A DNA stretch of 64,000 nt from a virus: IMG/VR virus record IMGVR_UViG_3300025812_000003; one strand, written 5' to 3'. This document shows positions 9,979 through 18,678 of this stretch, one piece after another. The number at the start of each line of letters is the position of its first letter. Position 1 is the stretch's first letter. The translations under genes were made by a program, and so were the position numbers. Under the pieces are notes generated by a model, which saw nothing but the letters and a program-made list of their open reading frames with translations, searched no databases and had not been told where the DNA came from.

Positions 9979-10983
9979 ATGAAAACCGTGAAACTGGGAC
10001 ATGACCGGGTGAACCTGGTATGGTCGACGGACTGGCACTTGAGCGCCGTCCCCCCGGGCCGCCGCGGCGACGACTACGAGGCCGCCATCCTCGGGAAGCT
10101 GGGGTTCGTAAGGAGGATAGCGGACAAGGTATGCGGCGTGGCATTATGCGGGGGGGACGCCTTCCACATCAAGAACCCGAGGCACCCGGCGAACTCCCTC
10201 GGCATGCTCATCAGGGTCCTGCACGTCCTGCGCACCTTCCCCACGGGGATGGTATACGGGACGGTCGGGAACCACGACCTCGGGTATGGGGAGCGCATGG
10301 ACTCCCTGCCCGGGCAGCCGCTCGGCGTGCTGATTGCCGCAGGGGCGTACTTCGACCTGTCGGACGAGCCGGTGATGTTCGTAAGCTCCGACGACACCAT
10401 CATACGGGTGACGGTCGAGTCCTTTCCCTACGACCATGCGGAGGGGACGCTGGCAAGAATCCTGGCGTCCAAGCCCCATCCCGACGCCACCAACAGGGTG
10501 GCGATAGTCCATGCCTACGGGGAGCCGGGCAGAGGCGGGATGTCGTGGGCCGAGAAGACCATCGGGTACGACCAAGTAGCGGAGGCGGGGTTCGACTTCA
10601 TGCTCTGGGGCCATGACCACAGCCGCAAGGAAACGGTGAAGGTCGGGAACACGACGCATATCCACCTTGGCTCCTTGGCCAGGGCGGCCCTCGATACCGA
10701 CCAAGTGGACAGGCCGGTATCCTTGGCCATACTGTCGTTTTCAACGTCCGGGACGCTGTGCAAGGAGATGCCGGTCCCCCTCAAGCCGCTGGAGGAGGCC
10801 TTCGCGGCGGCCGACAAGGGGGTCAGGACGGTGGGGAAGTCCCAGGAGGTCAAGGACTTCTTTGCCAGGATGGACGAGGCCGTGGAGGGAGTGGAGACCT
10901 CGGATCCTGCGGAGGCGCTGAGGATGCTCTGCCCCGACGACCCGAAGCTGCTGGGGCTGGCAAAGGAGCTCTGCGGGCTGTAA
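9979..10983 (+). CDS. Mre11/SbcD-like metallophosphoesterase nuclease
   Basis: DWH, GGD, GNHD, VHA, GHDH motifs. Confidence 0.85.
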   Translation: MKTVKLGHDRVNLVWSTDWHLSAVPPGRRGDDYEAAILGKLGFVRRIADKVCGVALCGGDAFHIKNPRHPANSLGMLIRVLHVLRTFPTGMVYGTVGNHDLGYGERMDSLPGQPLGVLIAAGAYFDLSDEPVMFVSSDDTIIRVTVESFPYDHAEGTLARILASKPHPDATNRVAIVHAYGEPGRGGMSWAEKTIGYDQVAEAGFDFMLWGHDHSRKETVKVGNTTHIHLGSLARAALDTDQVDRPVSLAILSFSTSGTLCKEMPVPLKPLEEAFAAADKGVRTVGKSQEVKDFFARMDEAVEGVETSDPAEALRMLCPDDPKLLGLAKELCGL

Positions 10984-10999
10984 TGCGAAAAGAGAACTC

Positions 11000-11614
11000 A
11001 TGAAATGCCTTACGCAATCCAGCATGACAGAACTCAGTCTATGCCCGAATTGCATAAAGAAGGTAAACAGAGCAGAAGGCGGGTGGATAGAAACATACGA
11101 AGTAATCTGTAAAAAACATGAGCCGCTAGTATATCCTACAAGCGAGGCAACCATGAGCGACGCATTGACGGACCTGGCACGGGACGAACGAAGGGCGAGT
11201 GCGGTCAACTGGTATTGCATCAAGCTGCTCGAATGGCTGAAGGCGAAAGCATTGCCCGAGGCTAAGGAAGCATACGATGCCGTCGCCAAGGCCGCCGAGG
11301 ATGCCGACTCCATCCATGGGGGGTACTGGGGAAGCGGGTCGACCCACCTGAGCAAGGACCTCGAAAGCCGTCTTCGCTTGTTGGCCGCAAATGATGAACG
11401 GGAATGGATCAAGCTCGTCGCAAGCCTGGATCCCGACTGTTGCGGGCCCTTCATGGACGTTTCTCCTTTCAAGGGAATGACCCTGATGTTCTACAGGCAC
11501 GGAAGGGTGGACGGGGTCGTTAGGGGCGGGAGGGAATGCCGCATCTTCGACTGGGTATGGAACGATCCAAAATATCAAATCGGGGACAACGGCAGGTGGG
11601 AGGCCAAGAACTAG
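11000..11614 (+). CDS. hypothetical protein
   Basis: 204-aa ORF. Confidence 0.55.
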   Translation: MKCLTQSSMTELSLCPNCIKKVNRAEGGWIETYEVICKKHEPLVYPTSEATMSDALTDLARDERRASAVNWYCIKLLEWLKAKALPEAKEAYDAVAKAAEDADSIHGGYWGSGSTHLSKDLESRLRLLAANDEREWIKLVASLDPDCCGPFMDVSPFKGMTLMFYRHGRVDGVVRGGRECRIFDWVWNDPKYQIGDNGRWEAKN

Positions 11615-11639
11615 GAGTGGCGAAGGAACCCTAAGAATC

Positions 11640-11912
11640 ATGAGCAACCAAGTCGACCACCGGCAGACCCCGAACGACCGGAACCGACGTCGCAAGGAGC
11701 GGCGAGGGGCCCATAGTTGCGGGGGCGAGGGACACAACGGGGCCATCGGCAGGACGAGATGGAAGGTCCTCAGCCGGAGGTCGGAGCGTCGCGCGGCGGG
11801 CACCCGCATCCCGAAGGTCGGGAAAAGGTATGCCAAAAGGAGGCCCATATTGACCGACTCGGGCGTGGGAAACGAAGTCGATCCTCGGCAAACGGGAGAA
11901 GAACAAGGATAG
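11640..11912 (+). CDS. small basic hypothetical protein
   Basis: R-rich ORF filling the gap. Confidence 0.45.
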   Translation: MSNQVDHRQTPNDRNRRRKERRGAHSCGGEGHNGAIGRTRWKVLSRRSERRAAGTRIPKVGKRYAKRRPILTDSGVGNEVDPRQTGEEQG

Positions 11913-11919
11913 GAGGCAC

Positions 11920-12336
11920 ATGACAACGATATACCTCTCCGGGGGGATAGCAGGGCTTACGGACGAAGAGGCCTACGGATGGAGGAAAAAGGTGAGGGCG
12001 CGTTACCACCGCATAGGCTCCACGGTCATCACCGTCATCCCCACGAGGCTCCAATACCGTCCCGACATGGACCTTCGGGATGCCGCCAAATGGCTGGTCA
12101 AGCGCGACAAGTTCGACATACTCAGGTCGGACATCATCCTGGCATACTGCCCCCGCCCGAGCTGGGGCACCGCCATGGAGATCATCCATGCCTACAAAAA
12201 TGACAAATGGGTCGTGGTGGTATGCGACGACCCCGAGCCCAGCCCATGGCTCCTGGCGCATTCGGACGTGCTCGTAAAGACGTTCGAGGAAGCCTACACG
12301 GAGATAGAGAAAATCGTGAAGAACATGCTGCGATGA
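11920..12336 (+). CDS. nucleoside 2-deoxyribosyltransferase-like protein
   Basis: IYLSGGI...D..DILRSDIILAY...SWGTAMEIIHAY. Confidence 0.8.
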   Translation: MTTIYLSGGIAGLTDEEAYGWRKKVRARYHRIGSTVITVIPTRLQYRPDMDLRDAAKWLVKRDKFDILRSDIILAYCPRPSWGTAMEIIHAYKNDKWVVVVCDDPEPSPWLLAHSDVLVKTFEEAYTEIEKIVKNMLR

Positions 12337-12554
12337 GGACCTTCTACTTGTTTAGGAAAGAGGACCCAAGCGGGGTCAGCGGGACCGGCTACGTCGCCGA
12401 GGGCTGCGAGTTCTCGGATGGTGGCGTCGTCGTCCGGTGGACGGGCGGGAGGCCAAGCTTCGATATACACCGGACCATGGAGGACGCCATCGCCATCCAC
12501 GGGCACGACGGGAAGACGGTCGTCGAATGGGCGGAAGACGAACAATGGAAATAA
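12333..12554 (+). CDS. small phage hypothetical protein
   Basis: MRTFYLFRKEDPSGVSGTGYVAEGCEFSDG; ATGA overlap. Confidence 0.65.
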   Translation: MRTFYLFRKEDPSGVSGTGYVAEGCEFSDGGVVVRWTGGRPSFDIHRTMEDAIAIHGHDGKTVVEWAEDEQWK

Positions 12555-13159
12555 TGAAGGGATGCCCCAACCTGTTCTTCACCGCCGACCAGCATTTCGG
12601 GCACGACCACCTCATCAAGAAGCAGATCAGGAAGTTCGCCACCGTCGAGGACATGGACGAGGCGATCATCGCCCGGCACAACGCGGTGGTCAGGAGGGGG
12701 GACCTGGTATACTCCCTCGGGGACATGTTCCTGAAGATCGAGGTGGACCGGGCCAGGGAGATACGGAGGCGACTCGTCGGAAACTTCTACTTCATCGAGG
12801 GGAACCACGACCAGGTGGCAAGGAAGCTTGCCAAGGAAGGGGCGTTCGTCTGGTTCAGGCAGCTAGAGAGCATCAGGATAGGCCCGCCGTGGCTGGGCGA
12901 GAAGCAGACGGTCGTGCTGTGCCACTACGCCATGAGGACGTGGCAGAGCTCGCACAAGGGAAGCTGGCAGCTCTACGGGCACTCGCACAACAACCTCCCG
13001 GAGGAGCCGCACCTCCTGTCCTTCGACGTGGGCGTGGACGTCCCGGAATGGTGCATGCATCCCGTGTCGGCGGAGCAGGTCATCCAGAGGATGAGAAGGA
13101 AGATTCCCGCCTGGCTGGCGTACAAGGAGTCCCTGAAGGGGACGGACCGGGTGGAATAG
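12545..13159 (+). CDS. calcineurin-like metallophosphoesterase
   Basis: DQHFGH, LGD, GNHD, CHY, YGHSH, FDVGVD. Confidence 0.88.
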   Translation: MEIMKGCPNLFFTADQHFGHDHLIKKQIRKFATVEDMDEAIIARHNAVVRRGDLVYSLGDMFLKIEVDRAREIRRRLVGNFYFIEGNHDQVARKLAKEGAFVWFRQLESIRIGPPWLGEKQTVVLCHYAMRTWQSSHKGSWQLYGHSHNNLPEEPHLLSFDVGVDVPEWCMHPVSAEQVIQRMRRKIPAWLAYKESLKGTDRVE

Positions 13160-13396
13160 CAGTATTGGGAAACGAGGAACCATAAGGACGAGAAGGCTGG
13201 TGAACAACCCGCTCATAAGGATCGTCCACCACAACCTGTGGTCCTCCGTGAAGTGTCCCTGCGGCTTCGCCGGAAGCTACCATAGCTACTTCCGCAACAT
13301 GCGGGGGTCCTATGCGTCCAGCAAGGCGGCGGTGGCGGCCATGCGCCACGGAGGCACGGAGCACGACGGAAGGTTCAGGACGAAGGAAGAGACAAG

Positions 13397-13756
13397 ATGA
13401 TCGACGCCGCACAGATGCAGGGGATGCCCACGCCTCCGGAGGAGGGCAAGGACCAGCAGGACGTGGGGAAGTTCGTCGTGGCGAAGCTCGCCCAATGGGG
13501 GATGCCATGGACCGCCAGGGACCACGAGAAGCGGATAGACTTCGGGGAAAAGAAATATGGCCAGCGGCTCAGGACGAACAACGGGCGGAACGCCCTCCTC
13601 GACTGCTACCAGGAATGCCTCGACGCCATCTCCTACAGCGCCCAGCATTGCCTGGAGGGAGGGGGGGACGATTTGATGAAGGCATTCGCCACCCTGGCCG
13701 AGGAGATAGGAACGAAGCTGGACGAGAGGAGCGACGATGGTAGTCGGCGGGCTTGA
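13397..13756 (+). CDS. hypothetical phage protein
   Basis: GEKKYGQRL..NNGRNAL.DCYQECLDAISY. Confidence 0.65.
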   Translation: MIDAAQMQGMPTPPEEGKDQQDVGKFVVAKLAQWGMPWTARDHEKRIDFGEKKYGQRLRTNNGRNALLDCYQECLDAISYSAQHCLEGGGDDLMKAFATLAEEIGTKLDERSDDGSRRA

Positions 13757-14465
13757 CTTCGAGACGTCGGGCCGGGATCCCAAGGTGCACTCCGTCGTCG
13801 AGGCGGGGCTGGTGCTGTGGGACACCGAGCTGCGCCGACCCGTCAGGTCGGAGGGATTCCTCGTATACGACCCCGAGGCGGTATGGGAAGAAGGCGCTGC
13901 GGCGGTCAACGGCATCACGCAGGAGCGATGCAACCTGTACGGGCTTCCCGCCAAGGATGCCCTCGGGCGGGTCGTCGGGTTCTACCAGCAGGCCGACGTG
14001 CTCTGCGCCCACAACGGCACCGCCTTCGACAGGCCCTTCTACGAGAACTGGGGCGAGCGCATGGGCCGCGCCGAGCCCGGGGATCAGGGCAAGGTGTGGA
14101 TCGACACCATGGTCGACATACCCTACCCCAAGGAATGGTCGGTCAAGCTAAAGTACCTGGCCGCCGAGCACGGCATCCTCCACTACCGGGCCCATGGGGC
14201 TCTGTCCGACGCGATGGTAATGCTGGAGATACTGGATCGCTGGCTGCTGGAGCAGGTCCTGGAGTCCGCCAGGTCCCCCACCATCACGGTCAGGGCGCTC
14301 GTCTCCTACGACGACAGGGACAAGGCCAAGGCGCTGGGCTACCATTGGCGTCCCATCGAAAGGTGGTGGGTGAAGCCCGTCAAGGCCTTCCGCCTGGAGG
14401 ACGAGGAGGCCGAGGCGGTCAAGGCCGGGTTCGCCATCAGGCAGGTCAACATAGAAGGCGGATAG
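13737..14465 (+). CDS. DEDDh 3'-5' exonuclease (DnaQ-like)
   Basis: LDFETSG, AHNGTAFD, HGALSDA. Confidence 0.9.
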   Translation: MVVGGLDFETSGRDPKVHSVVEAGLVLWDTELRRPVRSEGFLVYDPEAVWEEGAAAVNGITQERCNLYGLPAKDALGRVVGFYQQADVLCAHNGTAFDRPFYENWGERMGRAEPGDQGKVWIDTMVDIPYPKEWSVKLKYLAAEHGILHYRAHGALSDAMVMLEILDRWLLEQVLESARSPTITVRALVSYDDRDKAKALGYHWRPIERWWVKPVKAFRLEDEEAEAVKAGFAIRQVNIEGG

Positions 14466-14540
14466 CATGGGCGAAGTCATGATGCTGCATGGCTGCGCCT
14501 TCGCGATGGAGGATCGCAGCGACGCAAGGCGGGAGGACTG

Positions 14541-15515
14541 ATGGAATTGGATGAGATGTACGACAGGGTGACCATTGCCTTCGCCAAACGGACAAATTCC
14601 GTTTTTGAGTCGGAAGAGTCACTCAAAGAGTGGTTCTTAAAATACTTTTCCCAATTACCTTTTGACAGGACAAATCATTGGGGAGGCTTAATCTACCTTC
14701 TTTTTCGTGATGCGTGGCTGGAGGCGGGCCCGGAGGTCAAGGGGGAGCCGACCGGGCACGACAGGAACGTCGTCCTCAGGAAGCTCTGCCCCCTCCTGGA
14801 CTACAGCCTCTTCACGCAGGTGATGCTGAACCTCCAGTCCTGCGCTGGCATGGCCTACCAGGCAAGGGACGCCGAGGCCGACATCGAGAAGCTCAGGAAG
14901 GACTGGCCGGAGGCCTCCAAGCTCAAGCCGTTCGAACCCAAGGCCAAGATGGTCAAGGAAGCGTCCACCGAGGAGGAGGACAGGTACAACCTGGTCCTCA
15001 GCACCCTGCGGTCGCTGAGGATCATCGCCGCCTTCACCCCGCAGATATCCTTCAGGGTCAGCCCCAAGGGCAGTACGCCCGCCCTGGCCGACAGCAACAA
15101 CCTGAGCAACCTCGGGATCGGGTCGGACAGGTACCTAAAGGTCCTCCCGGGCCTGAGGGCGTTCTACGTGCATTGGACGCCCGGCACCAGTCCCACCATG
15201 ACGATGCAGCTCATGGATTACTCCGAGACGACGAACCCCGAGAAGGGCATGGCGTTCGTGGCCGCGGGCATCCCCTACGTGTTCCGTTCCAAGTCGGGAG
15301 GGGAAATCCTCAACCAAGTCCTGTTCTCAAGGAAGGTCGCACGGGAAATCTTCGCCGCCCACGACCCGACCGTGGAGACCTGCATCATCCTCCCGAGGAT
15401 GAGCTCGGTGCTGGCGGTGGCGGACGAGAGGGGAGAGAACCTGAAAAAAGCGTTCGAGGCCCTGAAAGGGGTGTATAATATGCTTGAGCTTTCGGAAGGA
15501 GCGAGAAATGCATAG
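14541..15515 (+). CDS. hypothetical protein
   Basis: 324-aa ORF, GGAGG SD. Confidence 0.7.
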   Translation: MELDEMYDRVTIAFAKRTNSVFESEESLKEWFLKYFSQLPFDRTNHWGGLIYLLFRDAWLEAGPEVKGEPTGHDRNVVLRKLCPLLDYSLFTQVMLNLQSCAGMAYQARDAEADIEKLRKDWPEASKLKPFEPKAKMVKEASTEEEDRYNLVLSTLRSLRIIAAFTPQISFRVSPKGSTPALADSNNLSNLGIGSDRYLKVLPGLRAFYVHWTPGTSPTMTMQLMDYSETTNPEKGMAFVAAGIPYVFRSKSGGEILNQVLFSRKVAREIFAAHDPTVETCIILPRMSSVLAVADERGENLKKAFEALKGVYNMLELSEGARNA

Positions 15516-15939
15516 CTTTGCGTTCTATCCCTACGCCATATTCATCCTGGTATTGTCGGGGCTCGTCGCTTGGCTCATGGTGAGGTTATGCCGCCTGGAG
15601 AATCGCGTGAGCTTGCTGAAGGCCCCCGAGAATCCGACGAAGTGCCTGCTGGTCATCGCCCCGGACGTCGACCAAGGACAGGACTTGCTGGATGACTGGC
15701 TCTCCCAGGATAAGCAGGAAGAAGAGGACGTCATACGCCGTTTCAACAAGACTGTAGGCGCGAACCCCTCCGCACAGTCGGATGCCGACCCGGAGTACGA
15801 CATGGTGATCGAATTCGAGATCCCCAAGCCCACCAGCCACGCCGGTTGCACGGGGCCCGACAAGATCTCGCCCATCGACCAATTGCTGCACGAGCCCACC
15901 AGCCACGCCGGTTGCACGGGGCCCGACAAGGAGGCCTGA
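15508..15939 (+). CDS. membrane-anchored hypothetical protein
   Basis: N-terminal TM; duplicated PTSHAGCTGPDK. Confidence 0.6.
   Translation: MHSFAFYPYAIFILVLSGLVAWLMVRLCRLENRVSLLKAPENPTKCLLVIAPDVDQGQDLLDDWLSQDKQEEEDVIRRFNKTVGANPSAQSDADPEYDMVIEFEIPKPTSHAGCTGPDKISPIDQLLHEPTSHAGCTGPDKEA
15827..15930 (+). repeat. 38-bp perfect direct repeat
   Basis: AGCCCACCAGCCACGCCGGTTGCACGGGGCCCGACAAG at 15827 and 15893. Confidence 0.9.
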
Positions 15940-15940
15940 C

Positions 15941-16270
15941 ATGAAAAGGCCGATTTTCTGGTATGTTGCCATCGTCCTGTTCCTCGCCCTTTTCCCGATG
16001 CCAGCAAACACCAAGGACGACATGCGCATGTTTAGCTGGAAGGGCGAGAGGACCCCGAATGGGGTGATGCTCATCGAGCCCATGATGCCGGTCAAGCTCC
16101 GGGTGGCACCGACGTCCGCCAAGGACATACTCCCCAAAGCCACATACAAGTGCGTGCCGGTGACGCTGCCTCTCGAATACAAGGAGGACTCGAAGGACAA
16201 GGTCGTCCAGCAATTGCACCTTGACTGCGGAAACACGACGTTCGTGGTCCTGGGGATAGAGTTCCAATGA
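15941..16270 (+). CDS. secreted hypothetical protein
   Basis: Signal-peptide-like N-terminus. Confidence 0.6.
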   Translation: MKRPIFWYVAIVLFLALFPMPANTKDDMRMFSWKGERTPNGVMLIEPMMPVKLRVAPTSAKDILPKATYKCVPVTLPLEYKEDSKDKVVQQLHLDCGNTTFVVLGIEFQ

Positions 16271-16542
16271 GCTTCCTGGTCATAGCGGGCTCGTGCTTGT
16301 TCCTGATTCTTGCGGGATGGATCATCCACGAGATGCTGGGAAGGCCGGTCGCCCCGGACGGGGTGTTCAAGGAAGTCCTGAGGATGCTCCTGTTCTATCC
16401 CTCCATGATCTTCGGCAACGGCGAGTTCGTGGCAAAGAGCGGGACGCTCAAGTTCCGGTTCCTGGAATGGCTGTACGGGCCAGGGGAGCCCGAGTTCGAC
16501 GTAATATGGCCAGACGATGACAAAGAGGACGGGAATCCATGA
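16267..16542 (+). CDS. membrane hypothetical protein
   Basis: Hydrophobic N-terminus, ATGA overlaps. Confidence 0.55.
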   Translation: MSFLVIAGSCLFLILAGWIIHEMLGRPVAPDGVFKEVLRMLLFYPSMIFGNGEFVAKSGTLKFRFLEWLYGPGEPEFDVIWPDDDKEDGNP

Positions 16543-16908
16543 AGAAGCTTTCGAAATCCAAGGTCAACTACCGGAAGCACGAGCGCAAGATGTTCGCCCG
16601 GCAGGACAGGCGAGAGGCCGCCAGGCAGGCATCGAAGGCCATGAGGCAGCCCGAAAGGAAAGCGGAAGGTTGAGGAGGTCGGGCAGATGAGCGATCACCT
16701 CAGCACCAATGAATGGATGGTCATATTCGCTTTGAAGAAGGACCCTCGTTGCAAAATCATCGGGGACCAAGCGGAGACGGCGGAGAAAATGGTCGGGGAT
16801 GGACTACTCCTGCGCAGCGCCAAGAACAAAGGAGAATATAGCGTAACATCCCAAGGATGGAGGCAGTACTACCACGTGGTAACGGGATAGCACAACGGAG
16901 GAAAACAA

Positions 16909-17103
16909 ATGAGGAACCCATCGGTGTACACGGCGTCGGAACTGGCCGCCTGGCGGACAGCCAAGCAGTGCGCGCCCGGAAGGTGGCAGCCGTCGAGGCC
17001 GCTGCCGTTCTACGGCCTGAGGCTGATCCGCAGCTTCCGGCTCGCCTGGCGGGTCTTGGTCGGGCGCTATGACGCCCTGGACTGGGAAGACGGGGCGGCC
17101 TGA
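16909..17103 (+). CDS. small hypothetical protein
   Basis: GGAGG SD. Confidence 0.55.
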   Translation: MRNPSVYTASELAAWRTAKQCAPGRWQPSRPLPFYGLRLIRSFRLAWRVLVGRYDALDWEDGAA

Positions 17104-17147
17104 AAAGATTTCCTTGAAATTTTTGACTACGGAAGGTATTATATGGA
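17103..17147 (+). promoter_or_regulatory. sigma70-type promoter of tRNA array 1
   Basis: TTGAAA(17114)-17nt-TATTAT(17137); 41/45 identical to 39722-39766. Confidence 0.85.
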
Positions 17148-17293
17148 CGAACGAAGTTTGGCATTCGAAGCAGTTTGGCGTAGGGGCTGGTCAGCAGCCC
17201 CTACGCCTTAGGAAAGCGTCCCGTGCGGGCAGTTGGCTCTAGGCACCATTGAATTCCGGACGACGTTCCGGCCACGGGGCATGAGGTTTGGAA

Positions 17294-17386
17294 ATGAAGA
17301 ACCTGTCGAGCAACCCGTCATCGTCGCTAAGCTATCCGTCCTTGCTTAGTAGCGTGCCTGTGTCGCTCGAAGAAGGCGACTCCTAG
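17294..17386 (+). CDS. putative attenuator leader peptide (Ser/Leu/Tyr-rich)
   Basis: MKNLSSNPSSSLSYPSLLSSVPVSLEEGDS*; GAGG SD; 11 Ser, 5 Leu, 1 Tyr; precedes terminator and Tyr/Leu/Ser tRNAs. Confidence 0.75.
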   Translation: MKNLSSNPSSSLSYPSLLSSVPVSLEEGDS

Positions 17387-17413
17387 AGGGAGCGCAATTC
17401 GAGTTTAAGACCC

Positions 17414-17447
17414 AGGCCGCCAGAGAGTTTGGCGGCCTTTTTGTTTT
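17414..17447 (+). terminator. intrinsic terminator (attenuator) before tRNA array 1
   Basis: AGGCCGCCA-7nt-TGGCGGCCT then TTTTGTTTT. Confidence 0.85.
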
Positions 17448-17449
17448 GT

Positions 17450-17538
17450 GTCAGGGTGGGCGAGCGGCTAATGCCAGCAGACTGTAAATCTGCCGCCCCT
17501 TGCGGGCTCCGCAGGTTCGAATCCTGCCCCTGGCACCA
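17450..17538 (+). tRNA. tRNA-Tyr(GTA)
   Basis: GCAGA-CTGTAAA-TCTGC, long V-arm, encoded CCA. Confidence 0.93.
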
Positions 17539-17543
17539 GATTT

Positions 17544-17629
17544 GCGGTCGTGGCGGAATTGGCAGACGCACAAGGTCGAGGGCCTTGCGGTTAACAGCCA
17601 TGGGGGTCCGACTCCCCCCGACCGCACCA
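17544..17629 (+). tRNA. tRNA-Leu(GAG), C33/C55 variant
   Basis: CAAGG-TCGAGGG-CCTTG; T-loop TCCGACT; CCA. Confidence 0.88.
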
Positions 17630-17634
17630 GGATC

Positions 17635-17739
17635 GTTCGGCTAATTCTATGAAACGGAAGCTGGCAGACCCCCCAGTGACCGGCGAAAGCTGTGGCAGGC
17701 GAGATCACGCCAAGGCGCTTGAGTAGCTGGTCGTCGAAC
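17635..17739 (+). ncRNA. unassigned structured RNA
   Basis: Closing stem GTTCGGC/GTCGAAC, internal hairpins including CGGC-GAAA-GCTG. Confidence 0.4.
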
Positions 17740-17748
17740 ATAGGATTT

Positions 17749-17826
17749 GCGCAGGTGAAGGGAACCGGCAGACCTCCCTGGCTTAGAACCAGGGGCTTGG
17801 GGGTTCGACTCCCCCTCTGCGCACCA
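17749..17826 (+). tRNA. tRNA-Leu(TAG), short variable loop
   Basis: CCTGG-CTTAGAA-CCAGG; A73; CCA. Confidence 0.85.
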
Positions 17827-17832
17827 AGGTTT

Positions 17833-17919
17833 GCGGCTGTGCTGAAATAGGCAGACAGGCCAGGCTCAGAACCTGGTGGTGGAAACACCGTGGAGGTTCA
17901 ATTCCTCTCAGCCGCACCA
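17833..17919 (+). tRNA. tRNA-Leu(CAG)
   Basis: CCAGG-CTCAGAA-CCTGG, long V-arm, CCA. Confidence 0.92.
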
Positions 17920-17924
17920 AGTTT

Positions 17925-18011
17925 GCCCTCGTGTCGGAATCGGCAGACGAGCACGGCCCAAACCCGTGTGGCCGAAAGGCCATGGAGGTTCAAGTCCTCT
18001 CGGGGGCACCA
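17925..18011 (+). tRNA. tRNA-Leu(CAA), C33
   Basis: CACGG-CCCAAAC-CCGTG, long V-arm, CCA. Confidence 0.88.
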
Positions 18012-18017
18012 GGATTT

Positions 18018-18102
18018 GCCGGGCTGGCGGAAACGGCAAACGCGGGGCACCTAAAACGCCCTGGCGAAAGCCTTGAGGGTTCGAGTCCCTCGCCCGGCAC
18101 CA
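18018..18102 (+). tRNA. tRNA-Leu(TAA), C33
   Basis: GGGCA-CCTAAAA-CGCCC, long V-arm, CCA. Confidence 0.87.
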
Positions 18103-18108
18103 ATTTTC

Positions 18109-18196
18109 GGAGGGGTGGTCGAGCGGTCTATGGCACTCGACTGCTAATCGAGTAGGGGTAACACCCTCGCGGGTTCGAATCCCGCCCCCTCCGCCA
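18109..18196 (+). tRNA. tRNA-Ser(GCT)
   Basis: CTCGA-CTGCTAA-TCGAG, G73, CCA. Confidence 0.93.
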
Positions 18197-18203
18197 AAGC
18201 TTA

Positions 18204-18289
18204 GGAGGGCACCGCCGAATGGTCGGCAACTGGCTTTGAACACCAGGGCCGGGTAGCACCGGGGCGTTCGATTCGTCTGCTCTCCGCCA
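18204..18289 (+). tRNA. tRNA-Ser(TGA), 8/4 fold
   Basis: 8-bp acceptor GGAGGGCA/TGCTCTCC, 4-bp T-stem, loop TTTGAAC. Confidence 0.85.
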
Positions 18290-18347
18290 TTGCTAAAGCG
18301 GATTTGCTCATTAAACCAGATTGGTTTAGAGAGCAATCCCAATTTAC

Positions 18348-18435
18348 GGAGAGGTGGCCGAGCGGCCTAAGGCGCACGCCTGGAAAGCGTGTAGCCCGCA
18401 AGGGCTCGTGGGTTCGAATCCCACCCTCTCCGCCA
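18348..18435 (+). tRNA. tRNA-Ser(GGA)
   Basis: CACGC-CTGGAAA-GCGTG, CCA. Confidence 0.93.
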
Positions 18436-18592
18436 TTTTGCCGTGTTCACGGCTCCATGAACACGGCTCAGATCGTGAACACAAGATGGAAATATCTTAC
18501 GAGCAGTTCATTAACGAGATTTCGACCTCCATCGCAACGGGCCACAAAGTGACACTGGAATGCGGTGGCAAGACTTACGCCTACAAGTTCAC

Positions 18593-18678
18593 GGAGGACG
18601 CCGCCGAACGGCCGGCAACCGGCCTCGAAAGCCGGGGCAGGGCAAAACCTGGGGGTTCGATTCCCACGTCCTCCTCCA
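18593..18678 (+). tRNA. tRNA-Ser(CGA), 8/4 fold
   Basis: 8-bp acceptor GGAGGACG/CGTCCTCC; CCGGC-CTCGAAA-GCCGG; U73. Confidence 0.8.

Noticed and set aside
15827-15930. CRISPR-like repeat-spacer-repeat
   Set aside because: Only two copies, in frame inside a CDS, and no cas genes
17147-17447. T-box riboswitch before the tRNA arrays
   Set aside because: No UGGNACC T-box sequence or stem I motifs were seen in either leader; a translated leader explains the layout better
18204-18289. Selenocysteine tRNA
   Set aside because: The anticodon is TGA (Ser), not TCA, and the fold is 8/4, not 8/5
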